DNA of 64,000 bases, taken from NCBI GenBank assembly GCA_049314455.1, contig JBMOFC010000005.1:5095-69094 (forward strand), read 5' to 3'. Each line of letters starts with the position of its first letter. Within the stretch, counting starts at the first letter, position 1. Origin of the DNA: Chthoniobacterales bacterium. Lineage in GTDB: Bacteria > Verrucomicrobiota > Verrucomicrobiia > Chthoniobacterales > UBA6821. Positions 8,911-18,243 of the stretch are shown here, piece by piece. The translations under genes were made by a program, and so were the position numbers. The notes beneath the pieces were generated by a model, which worked only from the letters and a program-made list of their open reading frames with translations, did no database searches and was not told the DNA's origin.

Positions 8911-9936
8911 ATGCTGACCAGACTGACGCTCAGAAACTTTCGTTGTTTTTCTTCAAAGACCCTAGAACCGGCTCCAGGACTGAATTTCTTGGTTGGTCCC
9001 AATGCCCAAGGGAAAACCTCGCTGCTTGAGGCAGCCTGCGTCTTGCTTCGACTCAAGTCACCTCGGACACACGTGCTCGCTGAAGCTCTTCGTTTTGGAG
9101 AAGAATCTTTTTTTTTGGAAGGGAGTTATGGGAGCAAGGAGCTCTCAATGCGCTTTGCACCGGGGCAGCAGGTCAAACGACTCCTCAAAATTGATGATGT
9201 CACGCAGCAAGAGACAACCGATTATTTAAACAACGGTTGTGTTGTCTGGTTCGGAACCGATGATCGAGAAATCGTCAATGGTCCAGGAGAGCGGCGGCGG
9301 CGTTTCTTAGATAGCGTAGGATTACAGGTTGGCAGTGAGTATCGGCGTCATTTGAAATTCTATGACAAGGCGCTACGATCACGCAACATGCTCTTACGAA
9401 GACAACGTCCACGTCGTGAAGTTGAGGCCTATGACTCGGTGCTTTCCGAGAGTGGAGATGCCTTGATCAGCTTGAGAGGAGCTCTTTGCGAGGCTTTGAT
9501 ACCACATGCTGCGCATGCATGTGCAGCGATCTCCGGAGAAAAATTAAGTCTCGCCTACCAACCAGGCGCAACTACCCTGATGCAGGAAGCGTTAGAACAC
9601 TCTCGAGCCAAAGAGATGCAACTAGGAATGACGCTCGTAGGACCGCATCGAGACGAACTTCTCCTCACACTCAACACGATTCCAACAGCCACTTTTGGAT
9701 CGGAAGGACAACGCCGCACGGTAGCCTTGGCACTCAAGTTAGCCTTGGCCAACTTACTCCATACAGAAAAGTCAGCTCCACCGCTACTTTTGCTTGATGA
9801 TGTCTTTGGCGATTTAGATGCACACCGACGCCAAGCTCTTCTTTTAAGCATCCCCAAAGGATCTCAAGCATTGTTCACCACGACACAGCTGGAGAAAAAT
9901 GAGACTCCAGCGGAAGCAACTCTTTTGAGCTTTTAA
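8911..9936 (+). CDS. recF: DNA replication and repair protein RecF
   Basis: LTLRNFRCF N-terminus, Walker A GPNAQGKTSLLEA, signature FGSEGQRRTVALALKLA, Walker B LLLLDDVFGDLD. A GTG at 8905 is an alternative start. Confidence 0.85.
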   Translation: MLTRLTLRNFRCFSSKTLEPAPGLNFLVGPNAQGKTSLLEAACVLLRLKSPRTHVLAEALRFGEESFFLEGSYGSKELSMRFAPGQQVKRLLKIDDVTQQETTDYLNNGCVVWFGTDDREIVNGPGERRRRFLDSVGLQVGSEYRRHLKFYDKALRSRNMLLRRQRPRREVEAYDSVLSESGDALISLRGALCEALIPHAAHACAAISGEKLSLAYQPGATTLMQEALEHSRAKEMQLGMTLVGPHRDELLLTLNTIPTATFGSEGQRRTVALALKLALANLLHTEKSAPPLLLLDDVFGDLDAHRRQALLLSIPKGSQALFTTTQLEKNETPAEATLLSF

Positions 9937-10121
9937 GAAAAAGGGGCCAATAGGCCGAACTGACCCTATTTTTCTAATTGAAAAACGTTCAAATCTGCTT
10001 CACCCTCTGCGGATGATCTTCGACGGTTGCTTTGGATAATTCCAAGCAACATGTCACAAACCAAGGCAGATCGTTTCAAAAAATAAACTGCATCAAACAC
10101 CAAACCTAAAAATGAAATATT

Positions 10122-10856
10122 ATGGCTCCATTCCATTATAGCCCTGACGCCTCCCACTACCAAAACCTTCAACCAAATTATGCAGAGGTTTACAACATCG
10201 ATAAGAGCTATCATGTTCACGGAAAAGAATATGATTGGCGTCAAGAAAAATATGCCTGGGTCTTTTACCGCGTAGACGGAACCCAATTACCTTACGATCA
10301 TGAACAGCCTTATGGACCTAGTGAAGAGGACCCTTCTAAACCTTATTTACCAAGTGCAAGTAAGAAAGGCTTTTTGTATCAAGTTGAACCTACAAAAAAT
10401 GAAGATGTTTCTATAGAACCTAATGGAGCTCAATTATCAGCTTTAGATTCAGAACTTAAAGCTCATCCTATCACCTCAGACCCTTTATCTGCTTATAATC
10501 CTTATAACCCAGAAAGTCCTCTAGATCCTTATAATCCTAATCAATTTTTTGATGAAAATAAACCAGGAGAACATTGGTACAAAAAAGAAAAGAGCATTAT
10601 TATTAGTGCTAACACCGATAAGGAGTTTGAAACAAAGGTTGAAAATGCCTTAAATAAAGTAGAAATTGCAGCAAGTCAAGATTCCGATCCATCTCATCAT
10701 TACAGGATTAAATTAAAAAATTTAACGTATTCGGAGACTTTGTTGGATTTTAGTACTAATTTAACAGAACACTCAAATATTAAAGCTGTCTTTGATGTTT
10801 ATCAGGATTTTCAATCTTTGCAGAAAGCTATTGAAGATTCTTCTAACGCTCAATAG
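10122..10856 (+). CDS. hypothetical protein (orphan, A+T-richer, P/Y/N-rich middle)
   Basis: Long ORF followed by a canonical terminator. No domain recognised. Contains an NPYNPESPLDPYNPN motif. Confidence 0.5.
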   Translation: MAPFHYSPDASHYQNLQPNYAEVYNIDKSYHVHGKEYDWRQEKYAWVFYRVDGTQLPYDHEQPYGPSEEDPSKPYLPSASKKGFLYQVEPTKNEDVSIEPNGAQLSALDSELKAHPITSDPLSAYNPYNPESPLDPYNPNQFFDENKPGEHWYKKEKSIIISANTDKEFETKVENALNKVEIAASQDSDPSHHYRIKLKNLTYSETLLDFSTNLTEHSNIKAVFDVYQDFQSLQKAIEDSSNAQ

Positions 10857-10895
10857 TAGCAAACTAGAACCTTTCAAGTAATATCCTCCTCTCAA

Positions 10896-10929
10896 AGTGC
10901 CTGTGCTCCCAAGCGCAGGCACTTTTTTT
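10896..10929 (+). terminator. Rho-independent terminator
   Basis: AGTGCCTGTGC-TCCCAA-GCGCAGGCACT, an 11-bp stem with one G:U, followed by TTTTTT. Confidence 0.7.
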
Positions 10930-11043
10930 GTCAAAACACTCAAAACCTGCCTTCAATGGCATGGCTTTTGACTTTTAAGATTCCTTAAGCTAAGGTTAAA
11001 AGATGCGTACGACACTCAAGATTGATGAGGATTTTTCATAAAA

Positions 11044-12510
11044 ATGGAAATCCCTGACTATCCTTCCCACGAATGTGGTGTCTTTGCTGTGTATGGACAT
11101 CCTAATGCAGCTCTCCTTTCCTACTACGGACTTTTTGCCTTGCAACACCGAGGACAAGAGAGTGCCGGCATTGTCACGCATGCTGGCCACAAAACGCCCT
11201 TTCAGAGTGTCAAGCAGATGGGGCTTGTCTCGCAAGTGTTCAAAGAGGAGGATTTTGAAAGATTACGTGGCTCCTATGCCATCGGTCATGTCCGTTATTC
11301 AACCACTGGGTCGAGTAATCTTCTCAATGCACAGCCGCTTAGTGCCGATACCAGTCGTGGACAGTTGGCCATTGCCCATAATGGAAATTTGATCAATGCC
11401 GCGCGACTTCGTGCAGAGCTGGAGATGAAGGGATCCATTTTTCAGACGACTTCCGATAGCGAAATCATCCTCCTTCTCCTTGCACAACCTAGTACCACAG
11501 CCGAAACCACCAACCCACTGGCGGCATTACGAGAACTAGAAGGCGCTTTTTCTCTCGTCATCATGGGAGAAAAAGAAATTATCGGGGTACGCGATCCTCA
11601 TGGTTTTCGTCCACTCTCACTTGGAAAACTCGATGATGCCTGGGTTTTATCCTCGGAAACATGTGCTTTTGACCTGATTGGGGCTCATTTTGTACGTGAT
11701 CTTGAACCTGGAGAGGCCCTTATCATCAACGAATCAGGGCTCCACTCTGAGTTCCCCTTCAAAAGCAACCGCGAAGCCTTTTGTATTTTTGAGTACGTCT
11801 ATTTTGCACGTCCTGATAGCAACCTGCGTAACATCAATGTCAGCAAAGCGCGCGTACGCATGGGGCAAGAATTAGCACGTCTTCATCCAGTCGAAGCCGA
11901 TATCGTCGTTCCCATTCCTGACTCGGGAATCTATGCTGCGCTTGGATTTTCGGAAGAGTTAAACATTCCCTACGAACCTGCTTTTGTCAGGAATCATTAC
12001 ATTGGACGCACCTTTATTCAGCCAACACAGCTCGTACGTGACTTCAGTGTTCGTGTGAAGCTGAACCTCATCGGCTCTTATGTTAAAGGAAAGCGTGTAG
12101 TGGTAGTTGATGACTCGATTGTTCGAGGGACGACAGCCAAAAATCGTGTGGTCAATCTTCGAGAAGCAGGAGCCAAAGAAGTCCATCTGCGCATCAGCTG
12201 TCCACCCCATCGCCATGCTTGCTACTACGGGATCGACTTTCCAGATCCTGAAAAATTACTCGCCAATCAATATTCTCAAGAAGAATTATGCGCTCACTTA
12301 GGCGCTGATAGCGTCGGATACCTCGATGTCGCAGGAATGGTCAGAGCCACCCACCTCCCCAAAGAAAGCTTCTGTCTGGCCTGTTTTACCGGTGATTACC
12401 CGATTCCTTTTGATGCTTCTTTTGACAAACTGATCATGGAGCGGCGGCACGAGCAGGCTCATTTTTTACCAGATGAAACAAGCCAAACACCACTCTTTCC
12501 TAAAACCTAA
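11044..12510 (+). CDS. purF: amidophosphoribosyltransferase
   Basis: 10-residue propeptide then CGVFAVYG (the Ntn Cys), PRPP loop VVVVDDSIVRGTT and 4Fe-4S ligand cysteines (CPPHRHACYYGID, CLACFTGDYP). Confidence 0.92.
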   Translation: MEIPDYPSHECGVFAVYGHPNAALLSYYGLFALQHRGQESAGIVTHAGHKTPFQSVKQMGLVSQVFKEEDFERLRGSYAIGHVRYSTTGSSNLLNAQPLSADTSRGQLAIAHNGNLINAARLRAELEMKGSIFQTTSDSEIILLLLAQPSTTAETTNPLAALRELEGAFSLVIMGEKEIIGVRDPHGFRPLSLGKLDDAWVLSSETCAFDLIGAHFVRDLEPGEALIINESGLHSEFPFKSNREAFCIFEYVYFARPDSNLRNINVSKARVRMGQELARLHPVEADIVVPIPDSGIYAALGFSEELNIPYEPAFVRNHYIGRTFIQPTQLVRDFSVRVKLNLIGSYVKGKRVVVVDDSIVRGTTAKNRVVNLREAGAKEVHLRISCPPHRHACYYGIDFPDPEKLLANQYSQEELCAHLGADSVGYLDVAGMVRATHLPKESFCLACFTGDYPIPFDASFDKLIMERRHEQAHFLPDETSQTPLFPKT

Positions 12511-12521
12511 AAAGATAAAGA

Positions 12522-13142
12522 ATGTTACAGCTCATCACCCCTGAAAACTACCATGCTCATCAAGAAGATCTCCAGGCAATGTACCGCCTGCGCCACAAGA
12601 TTTTTTTTGAGCAACTCCGATGGGATGTCACCAGTGAAAACGGAATGGAACGAGATCAGTATGATGAAACACAGATGTATTACCTCATCTATAAGGATCA
12701 AGAAGGGATTATTCGTGGTTCCCTCCGATTGATAGAAATGATCCATGAATGCATGTTTGATGGCCCTTTTAATTTCATGCTTCCTAACTTAAAAAAATTC
12801 AAAAAAAAAGGCTTCTGGGAAATAAGTCGCTTATACATACATGGCTACGATGACTTACTCGACCATCCCTCAGAAGCTAAAATAATATACCGTCATCTTT
12901 TTGCAGGAATAATTCATTTTGGATTAGCAAATCATAAAACAACTTCTTTTTTAGCAGTCTCATATCCTTCTGCTTTGAGACTCCATAATATGGCGGGAAT
13001 GCAATGGAGTTCTTTATATCAATCTGTGATTAACAACGAGGCCATTATCTCTGCTCAATACTCTCCTTCGCAAGAGTGCTATGAAAAATTGATTCAAAAA
13101 GGAGAATTAAACACCCAATTCCCTCCTTACACTATAATTTGA
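12522..13142 (+). CDS. LuxI-family acyl-homoserine-lactone synthase-like protein (Autoind_synth / N-acyl amino acid synthase fold)
   Basis: R24-x3-F28-x5-W34-x8-E43-x-D45-x2-D48, then R69 and E100-x-S102-R103. These line up with the invariant residues recalled for LuxI/TraI. Length 206 aa is typical. Confidence 0.6.
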   Translation: MLQLITPENYHAHQEDLQAMYRLRHKIFFEQLRWDVTSENGMERDQYDETQMYYLIYKDQEGIIRGSLRLIEMIHECMFDGPFNFMLPNLKKFKKKGFWEISRLYIHGYDDLLDHPSEAKIIYRHLFAGIIHFGLANHKTTSFLAVSYPSALRLHNMAGMQWSSLYQSVINNEAIISAQYSPSQECYEKLIQKGELNTQFPPYTII

Positions 13143-13164
13143 TAGCCTCAGAAAATATTCCTCT

Positions 13165-14286
13165 ATGCTTCTCTCCCCTACTTCTAAAACTTCTTCTCCA
13201 AAAAATTTATCTGCGTCACACCTCCTCGCTAAAAAAGCCACAATAAGCTCCTATGCGAAGGCTGGTGTTAATGTAGCGCTCGGCAACCAGGTAAAATCAG
13301 GCATTGGCAAGATTGTTCGCCCGACGCATGGCCCTGAAGTCTTAGGCGGTATCGGCGGTTTTGGAGGGCTATTTCAACCCGATTTTAAAAAACGGGCTAT
13401 TAAAAACCCGGTCCTTGTCTCTAGTACCGATGGTGTGGGGACAAAGCTCAAAATCGCTTTTGCCACCAACTGCCATGACACCATTGGTGCGGATTTAGTG
13501 AATCATTGTATCAATGATATTTTGGTGACCGGGGCAGAGCCTCTTTTTTTCTTAGATTACGTAGCGGCAGAAACACTCGATCCCAAGGTGCTCAACGCCA
13601 TCCTCAAAGGTCTCGCACGTGCCTGCAAAACAGCTGGCTGTGCCCTAATCGGTGGTGAGACAGCACAGATGCCAGGCCTCTACCATCCAGGAGAATACGA
13701 TCTGGCTGGAACTATTGTCGGGGTGGTAGATCGTAAGCAACTGCTCGATGGAAGCCGTGTAAAAATCGGCGATCTCCTCATCGGCCTCCCCTCTCATGGG
13801 CTTCATACCAATGGCTATACGCTGGCCCGTCAGATTCTTTTTGAAACCATGAAACTAAAACTCTCGAGCAAGCCCAAGAATCTGACCACGACGCTCGAAG
13901 CCGAATTGCTTAAAATTCATCGTTCCTATCTTCCCGAGTTCAAAGCGATCAGGTCTCTCGGAGCCACAACGTTGCACGCTGCAGCACACATCACTGGTGG
14001 AGGACTTATCGACAATCTTCCTCGCATTCTTCCTAAGACCTGTGACGCCTGGATTGATACGGATACGTGGCAGATCCCCCCTATTTTCAAACTCCTCTGC
14101 CAGGGAGGTGGCGTAGATCCTCTTGAAATGTACCGGGTGTTCAACATGGGGATCGGCATGGTCTTTGTTGTTACTGCAAAAGAAGCCACGTCTATTGCCA
14201 AAAAACTCAAAGGAAAAATCATTGGAGAAATCGTTTCTGGTCGTGGAAATGTCCAGCTGGCTGCTTCGCAGCAGTTGAAGTTTTAA
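13165..14286 (+). CDS. purM: phosphoribosylformylglycinamidine cyclo-ligase (AIR synthetase)
   Basis: YAKAGVNV, GGFGGLF, DGVGTK and GGETAQMPG motifs. About 25-residue S/T/K-rich N-terminal extension. Confidence 0.9.
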   Translation: MLLSPTSKTSSPKNLSASHLLAKKATISSYAKAGVNVALGNQVKSGIGKIVRPTHGPEVLGGIGGFGGLFQPDFKKRAIKNPVLVSSTDGVGTKLKIAFATNCHDTIGADLVNHCINDILVTGAEPLFFLDYVAAETLDPKVLNAILKGLARACKTAGCALIGGETAQMPGLYHPGEYDLAGTIVGVVDRKQLLDGSRVKIGDLLIGLPSHGLHTNGYTLARQILFETMKLKLSSKPKNLTTTLEAELLKIHRSYLPEFKAIRSLGATTLHAAAHITGGGLIDNLPRILPKTCDAWIDTDTWQIPPIFKLLCQGGGVDPLEMYRVFNMGIGMVFVVTAKEATSIAKKLKGKIIGEIVSGRGNVQLAASQQLKF

Positions 14287-14296
14287 ATTGAAGTTA

Positions 14297-14497
14297 AACC
14301 GGATATTTCATACTCATTCTGCTGCGGCTTGTAAGATTCTTATGTATACTGCGTCAGTTTCGAATTGCTCATCGGGCAGTATGTACTCATACAGCCACGT
14401 CATTCCCGCGAAGGCGGAAACGTCGCAATCCATTGACTTCCTTGTCTACATAAGGCTGTGCGGCGCCTCGCGACAAATCAGCATGAAATATTCAGGT
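14297..14497. repeat. family C palindromic element
   Basis: AACCGGATATTTCATAC...GCATGAAATATTCAGGT termini and a central GTCATTCCCGCGAAGGCGG hairpin. Inverted copy at 47551-47832 and a fragment at 20962-20980. Confidence 0.75.
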
Positions 14498-14612
14498 TAG
14501 AGCGTTTTAAAAAGAGTTATAGCCAATGTAGTGCCAGGAACGAGGAGCGCAGACCCGCAGTGTATAACTAATACTCGAGGACGCTAGCACCGGCGCGACA
14601 TTGTTACGCGTA
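14498..14612. mobile_element. family A MITE, left half only (truncated)
   Basis: TA-GAGCGTTTTAAAAAGAGTTATAGCC...GAGCGCAGACCCGCAGTGTATAACTAATACTCGAGGACGCTAGCACCGG. The right terminus is absent. Confidence 0.65.
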
Positions 14613-14705
14613 CTCTCAGTAGAGTATGAATACATATTATTAAATTCAGTAGTTCACCTTAAACTTATCACTTAAACTGGCGCAAAATAGTTATTGGCTG
14701 CTTGT

Positions 14706-15704
14706 ATGAAAAATCGTCATTCCTATTTTAAGAGCTCGGAAAAAAGAATTTCGCGCCATGGCTTAAGTGTTGGCGCCGGATTAGGAGTTGGACTCATCGG
14801 AGCCTTAGCATTGGCTATTCGCTTCGGATGGCGCCATCCTCTGCGGAAACAAATTCCTGATGCGATCTCCCCAGCTGTTTTTGCAACACGAGTTCTTAAT
14901 ACTCCTTCTGGAGAGATTGTTTATCACACCTCAGGAAATGGAACTCCCCTTCTTTTTTTACATGGGGTTTTTCCAGGGGCCTCTTCTTTTGAATGGTCCA
15001 AGATTTATCCTCACTTCGCACCCAACCATCAGGTTTTAGTGCCTGACCTTATCGGCTTTGGAGAATCTCAACGGCCTCGTCCTGCCATTAGTGCAGAAGC
15101 TCAGGTGAAGGCTCTTGCCGCATTTTTTCAAATCACCAATGGTTCTCCGGCGACACTCATTGTCTCGGGATTAAGTGCTAACCTGGCCTTGTTACTGGCT
15201 GCTCACTATCCCGAGCATGTGGCACGACTTATTTTGTGGATGCCTCTTTTAACCCTACCAAAAAAAGTTTTTACTAGTTTCTATCAGCCTCTTTCTTGGT
15301 TTCCTGCACTCGCTCGTATTGTTTATCAACGACACTGGAGTACCGAGGCCACGATTCAGCAGTGGCTCTTGCGTTCAGGATTTTCTATAGGGGATTCTTG
15401 TCTCCAAGAAACAGTCGCTGTTCTCTCCTCCACAGCTCAGCAATATGGAGCTGAACATGCCTTTTTAGCTCAAAGTTCTCCCGCCTTCTGGAAAAAAATT
15501 GTACGCAAGATACCCGCTATCAGCGTCCCAATTTCTCTCCTCACCACCCAAGACTGCGAACGTCAAACAACCGAAGCCATCGCACATCTTCGTCCTCACG
15601 CAAGTCGCTTTTCTATGAATAAAGTAGAAACCAAAAGTCTACTAGCCCCACTCACCGAGCCTCACTTGCTCCTTGGTGCAATGGAACATGAATTAAAAAA
15701 CTAA
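14706..15704 (+). CDS. membrane-anchored alpha/beta-fold hydrolase family protein
   Basis: N-terminal TM helix, oxyanion-region LLFLHGVFPG, and a nucleophile elbow reading SGLSAN (G-x-S-x-N rather than G-x-S-x-G). Confidence 0.55.
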   Translation: MKNRHSYFKSSEKRISRHGLSVGAGLGVGLIGALALAIRFGWRHPLRKQIPDAISPAVFATRVLNTPSGEIVYHTSGNGTPLLFLHGVFPGASSFEWSKIYPHFAPNHQVLVPDLIGFGESQRPRPAISAEAQVKALAAFFQITNGSPATLIVSGLSANLALLLAAHYPEHVARLILWMPLLTLPKKVFTSFYQPLSWFPALARIVYQRHWSTEATIQQWLLRSGFSIGDSCLQETVAVLSSTAQQYGAEHAFLAQSSPAFWKKIVRKIPAISVPISLLTTQDCERQTTEAIAHLRPHASRFSMNKVETKSLLAPLTEPHLLLGAMEHELKN

Positions 15705-15950
15705 TATCTAGAGCCTGTTCGAAAAATTGATTTTTTGAAGAGAGTGATTTCTTGACTTGAAATCAGCATTCTATCAGACCAATTAAAAAGTAAAGGATGG
15801 CGAGTTTAGCAACTTGCCTGCAGCAAGATCGAACTAAAAGAATTTATTCATGGCACATGAATGTTGAATGAGCCTCTCTCCAAAATTGCACCCTTGAAAT
15901 AAAATCAATGTGCTGTATCCTGCCCCTTCATTTTATTTTTTAAATACACG

Positions 15951-17546
15951 ATGATCACACTCGCTTCTCTCCTCTGTAATTCCTCATGCTGGGCTGTTTC
16001 TATCGATGCGGCCGTTGTTCTTCTCTATTTTGCAATCATTATTGGGATCGGTCTCTATGCTGGCCGCAACAATAAGACATTGGAGGAGTTTGCTCTTGGT
16101 GGTCATTCTATCCCATGGTGGGCTGTGCTTGCTTCTATTGTAGCTGCCGAAACAAGTGCTGCCACGTTTCTTGGAACACCAGCAGAAGGGTACAAGACAC
16201 ATGCTTTTTTCTATGCCCAACTCGCCATTGGAACGGTGCTAGCCCGTATCATCATCGCCTACACCTTCATCGCTCCCTACTACCGCTACAAAGTAAAAAG
16301 TATCTATGAATTTTTGACTGTCCGTTTTGGAACCGCTACTAAAAACACAGCAAGCGCTATTTTCCTTTTCACACGCGTATTAGGAATTGGGGTCCGTCTT
16401 TACTTAGGCGGTCTTATCCTCGTAGTCCTCTGGCATTATTTCTATCCAGGAGCCCCCACAACCCTCTCCCACTATTTCTGGGGTATTTTAATCATTACCC
16501 TCATCACTACCGGATACACCATGGTTGGTGGTATTAAGGCTGTTGTTTGGACCGATCTCATTCAGGCTTCGCTCATGATTGGATCCGTTGCCCTAGCAGT
16601 ATGGCTTCTTCTCAGTCGTATTGGAGGCCTCAGTGCGGTTAAAGAAACATTTGGCAGCTGGGAAAACTTAAAATGGATTCAAAGTGATTGGGATACCACT
16701 ATTCCGTTTGGATCAGCTCTCTCCAAAATGCTTGCAGAACCCTATACGCTTTGGGCCGCTTTTATTGGATCAACTTTTTTGACCATGGCCACTCATGGTA
16801 CCGACCAGGATATGGTACAACGTCTCCTCACTGCTAAAAATGTTCAGAAGTCACGTCTCTCCCTCATTCTAAGCGGCTTTGCAGACATTCCACTAGCATT
16901 AGCCTTTTTAAGTGTGGGCATTCTTCTCTTTGTCTACTACTCCCACGTGGGAGCTCCTGCTATACCCGACAACGAAATTTTCGCCCATTTCATTGTCAAT
17001 AGTATGCCCGTAGGATTACGTGGATTGATTATTGCTGGCGTCTTAGCAACCATGATGGGATCGACCTCTGCTGCTCTCAATGCCCTCGCTACAAGTTTCA
17101 CGACTGATTTTTACATTCCCTACATCAACCCTAAGGCTGATGATCGTGCTTCCATTCGAGCAGCACGTGTGGCCACACTGGTTTTTGGAATCTTGATGAT
17201 TGGTGTTGGCACCATGGCTGCATATTCAGTGCTCCTCAATCCTCGACTCACTATTATTCCGATTGCCATCGGCATCTTGGGATACACCTATGGAGGACTT
17301 CTTGGTATTTTCTTGGTTGGCATGCTCACCACCACACGAGGCCATGATAAGACCAATGTCGTTGCCATGCTCCTCGGAATGACCAGTGTACTCTTTCTCG
17401 GCAAAGTCGAACTTCCTGGCATCATCAACTTCGGTCACTTCATGCCAACATGGTGGCCAGAAATTGCCTGGCCTTGGTATGTTTTCATCGGAAGCATGGT
17501 GACTATTCTCTGCGCACTGCCGTTTAGAACAGAAACCCGTTCATAG
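15951..17546 (+). CDS. sodium:solute symporter (SSS) family transporter
   Basis: About 13 TM helices and SSS-type motifs (GGHSIPWWAVLASIVAAETSAATFLG, GGIKAVVWTDLIQ). Confidence 0.8.
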   Translation: MITLASLLCNSSCWAVSIDAAVVLLYFAIIIGIGLYAGRNNKTLEEFALGGHSIPWWAVLASIVAAETSAATFLGTPAEGYKTHAFFYAQLAIGTVLARIIIAYTFIAPYYRYKVKSIYEFLTVRFGTATKNTASAIFLFTRVLGIGVRLYLGGLILVVLWHYFYPGAPTTLSHYFWGILIITLITTGYTMVGGIKAVVWTDLIQASLMIGSVALAVWLLLSRIGGLSAVKETFGSWENLKWIQSDWDTTIPFGSALSKMLAEPYTLWAAFIGSTFLTMATHGTDQDMVQRLLTAKNVQKSRLSLILSGFADIPLALAFLSVGILLFVYYSHVGAPAIPDNEIFAHFIVNSMPVGLRGLIIAGVLATMMGSTSAALNALATSFTTDFYIPYINPKADDRASIRAARVATLVFGILMIGVGTMAAYSVLLNPRLTIIPIAIGILGYTYGGLLGIFLVGMLTTTRGHDKTNVVAMLLGMTSVLFLGKVELPGIINFGHFMPTWWPEIAWPWYVFIGSMVTILCALPFRTETRS

Positions 17547-17554
17547 AACGAGTA
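17535..17554 (+). repeat. family H hairpin (ACCCGTTC-N4-GAACGrGT) containing the symporter stop codon
   Basis: ACC CGT TCA TAG encodes T-R-S-stop. The 3' arm is GAACGAGT (one mismatch). Confidence 0.7.
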
Positions 17555-17868
17555 ATGGCGTCAATTTAAGGAAATAAGTTGGCAAATTCTTACTTAAAAT
17601 ATACCAACGTCATTTTGTTTCCAAAAAGAATGAACCACAAAGGAAACATAGATGGCACAAAGAACACAAAAATAATTTTTTAATGAAAAAATTATCATAA
17701 ACTTTGAGTTCTAGATTTTTTCTATGGTCTGTATTTCTCGACTTTAAAATTTTTTATAAAAATTTTATCTTTGTGTTTTCTTTGTGCGCCGCTTTAGCGG
17801 CTTTGTGTTCTTTGTGGTGAATTTTTTCTCTCTTGGATACATGGTGACTTAAAATGAGTCGTCCATGT

Positions 17869-18203
17869 ATAGTGTGTTAGAGCGTTTTAAAAAATTCTGT
17901 AGCCGATGCATTGTCAGAACACGACCCGACGGGAGTCGGTTGGGTAGACTGCTGTTAGGCAGACAAGCAGTGTAGCCAGCTATACTTGAGGACGCGAGCA
18001 CCGGAGTGACACCACAAGGCGTGGCTATAGAGTTTTTTAAAATGCTCTAAATCGATAAAGGCACGCTATAAACTGCCTCTTTTTCCTTATAACTGTGTTC
18101 TCAGATCTTACGTTATCTTCAGATAGCGCCTCAATCTTCGGCCCTTGTCCTAAGAAAAAATTTTAGCGCTTCTAGTCCGTCCTTTTCAATTTAAAACACT
18201 ATA
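17869..18203. mobile_element. family D MITE (copy D1) interrupted by a family A MITE
   Basis: TA-TAGTGTGTTA...TTAAAACACTA-TA. Outside the insertion it is collinear with the uninterrupted copy at 51699-51866. Confidence 0.8.
17879..18050. mobile_element. family A MITE (copy A1) with TA target-site duplication
   Basis: TA-GAGCGTTTTAAAAAATTCTGTAGCC...GGCTATAGAGTTTTTTAAAATGCTC-TA, about 28-nt terminal inverted repeats. The empty site in D2 reads GTGTGTTAAATCG with a single TA. Confidence 0.85.
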
Positions 18204-18243
18204 AATAAAAATTGAATAAATCCTCACTTAAGTTGACGCCATT

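Noticed and set aside
10857-11043. Purine, ZTP, TPP or biotin-type riboswitches upstream of purF, purH, pyrF and bioB.
   Set aside because: I could not recognise any conserved riboswitch core sequence by eye. The spacers are short or occupied by repeats. A covariance-model scan (Rfam/Infernal) would be needed to exclude them.
14288-14500. ORFs lying wholly in repeat DNA (14288-14500, 20839-21096, 20900-21199, 43056-43334, 47486-47847, 51854-52158).
   Set aside because: Each is the translation of a palindromic repeat copy (families C, A, B). The same sequences occur in both orientations in non-coding spacers.
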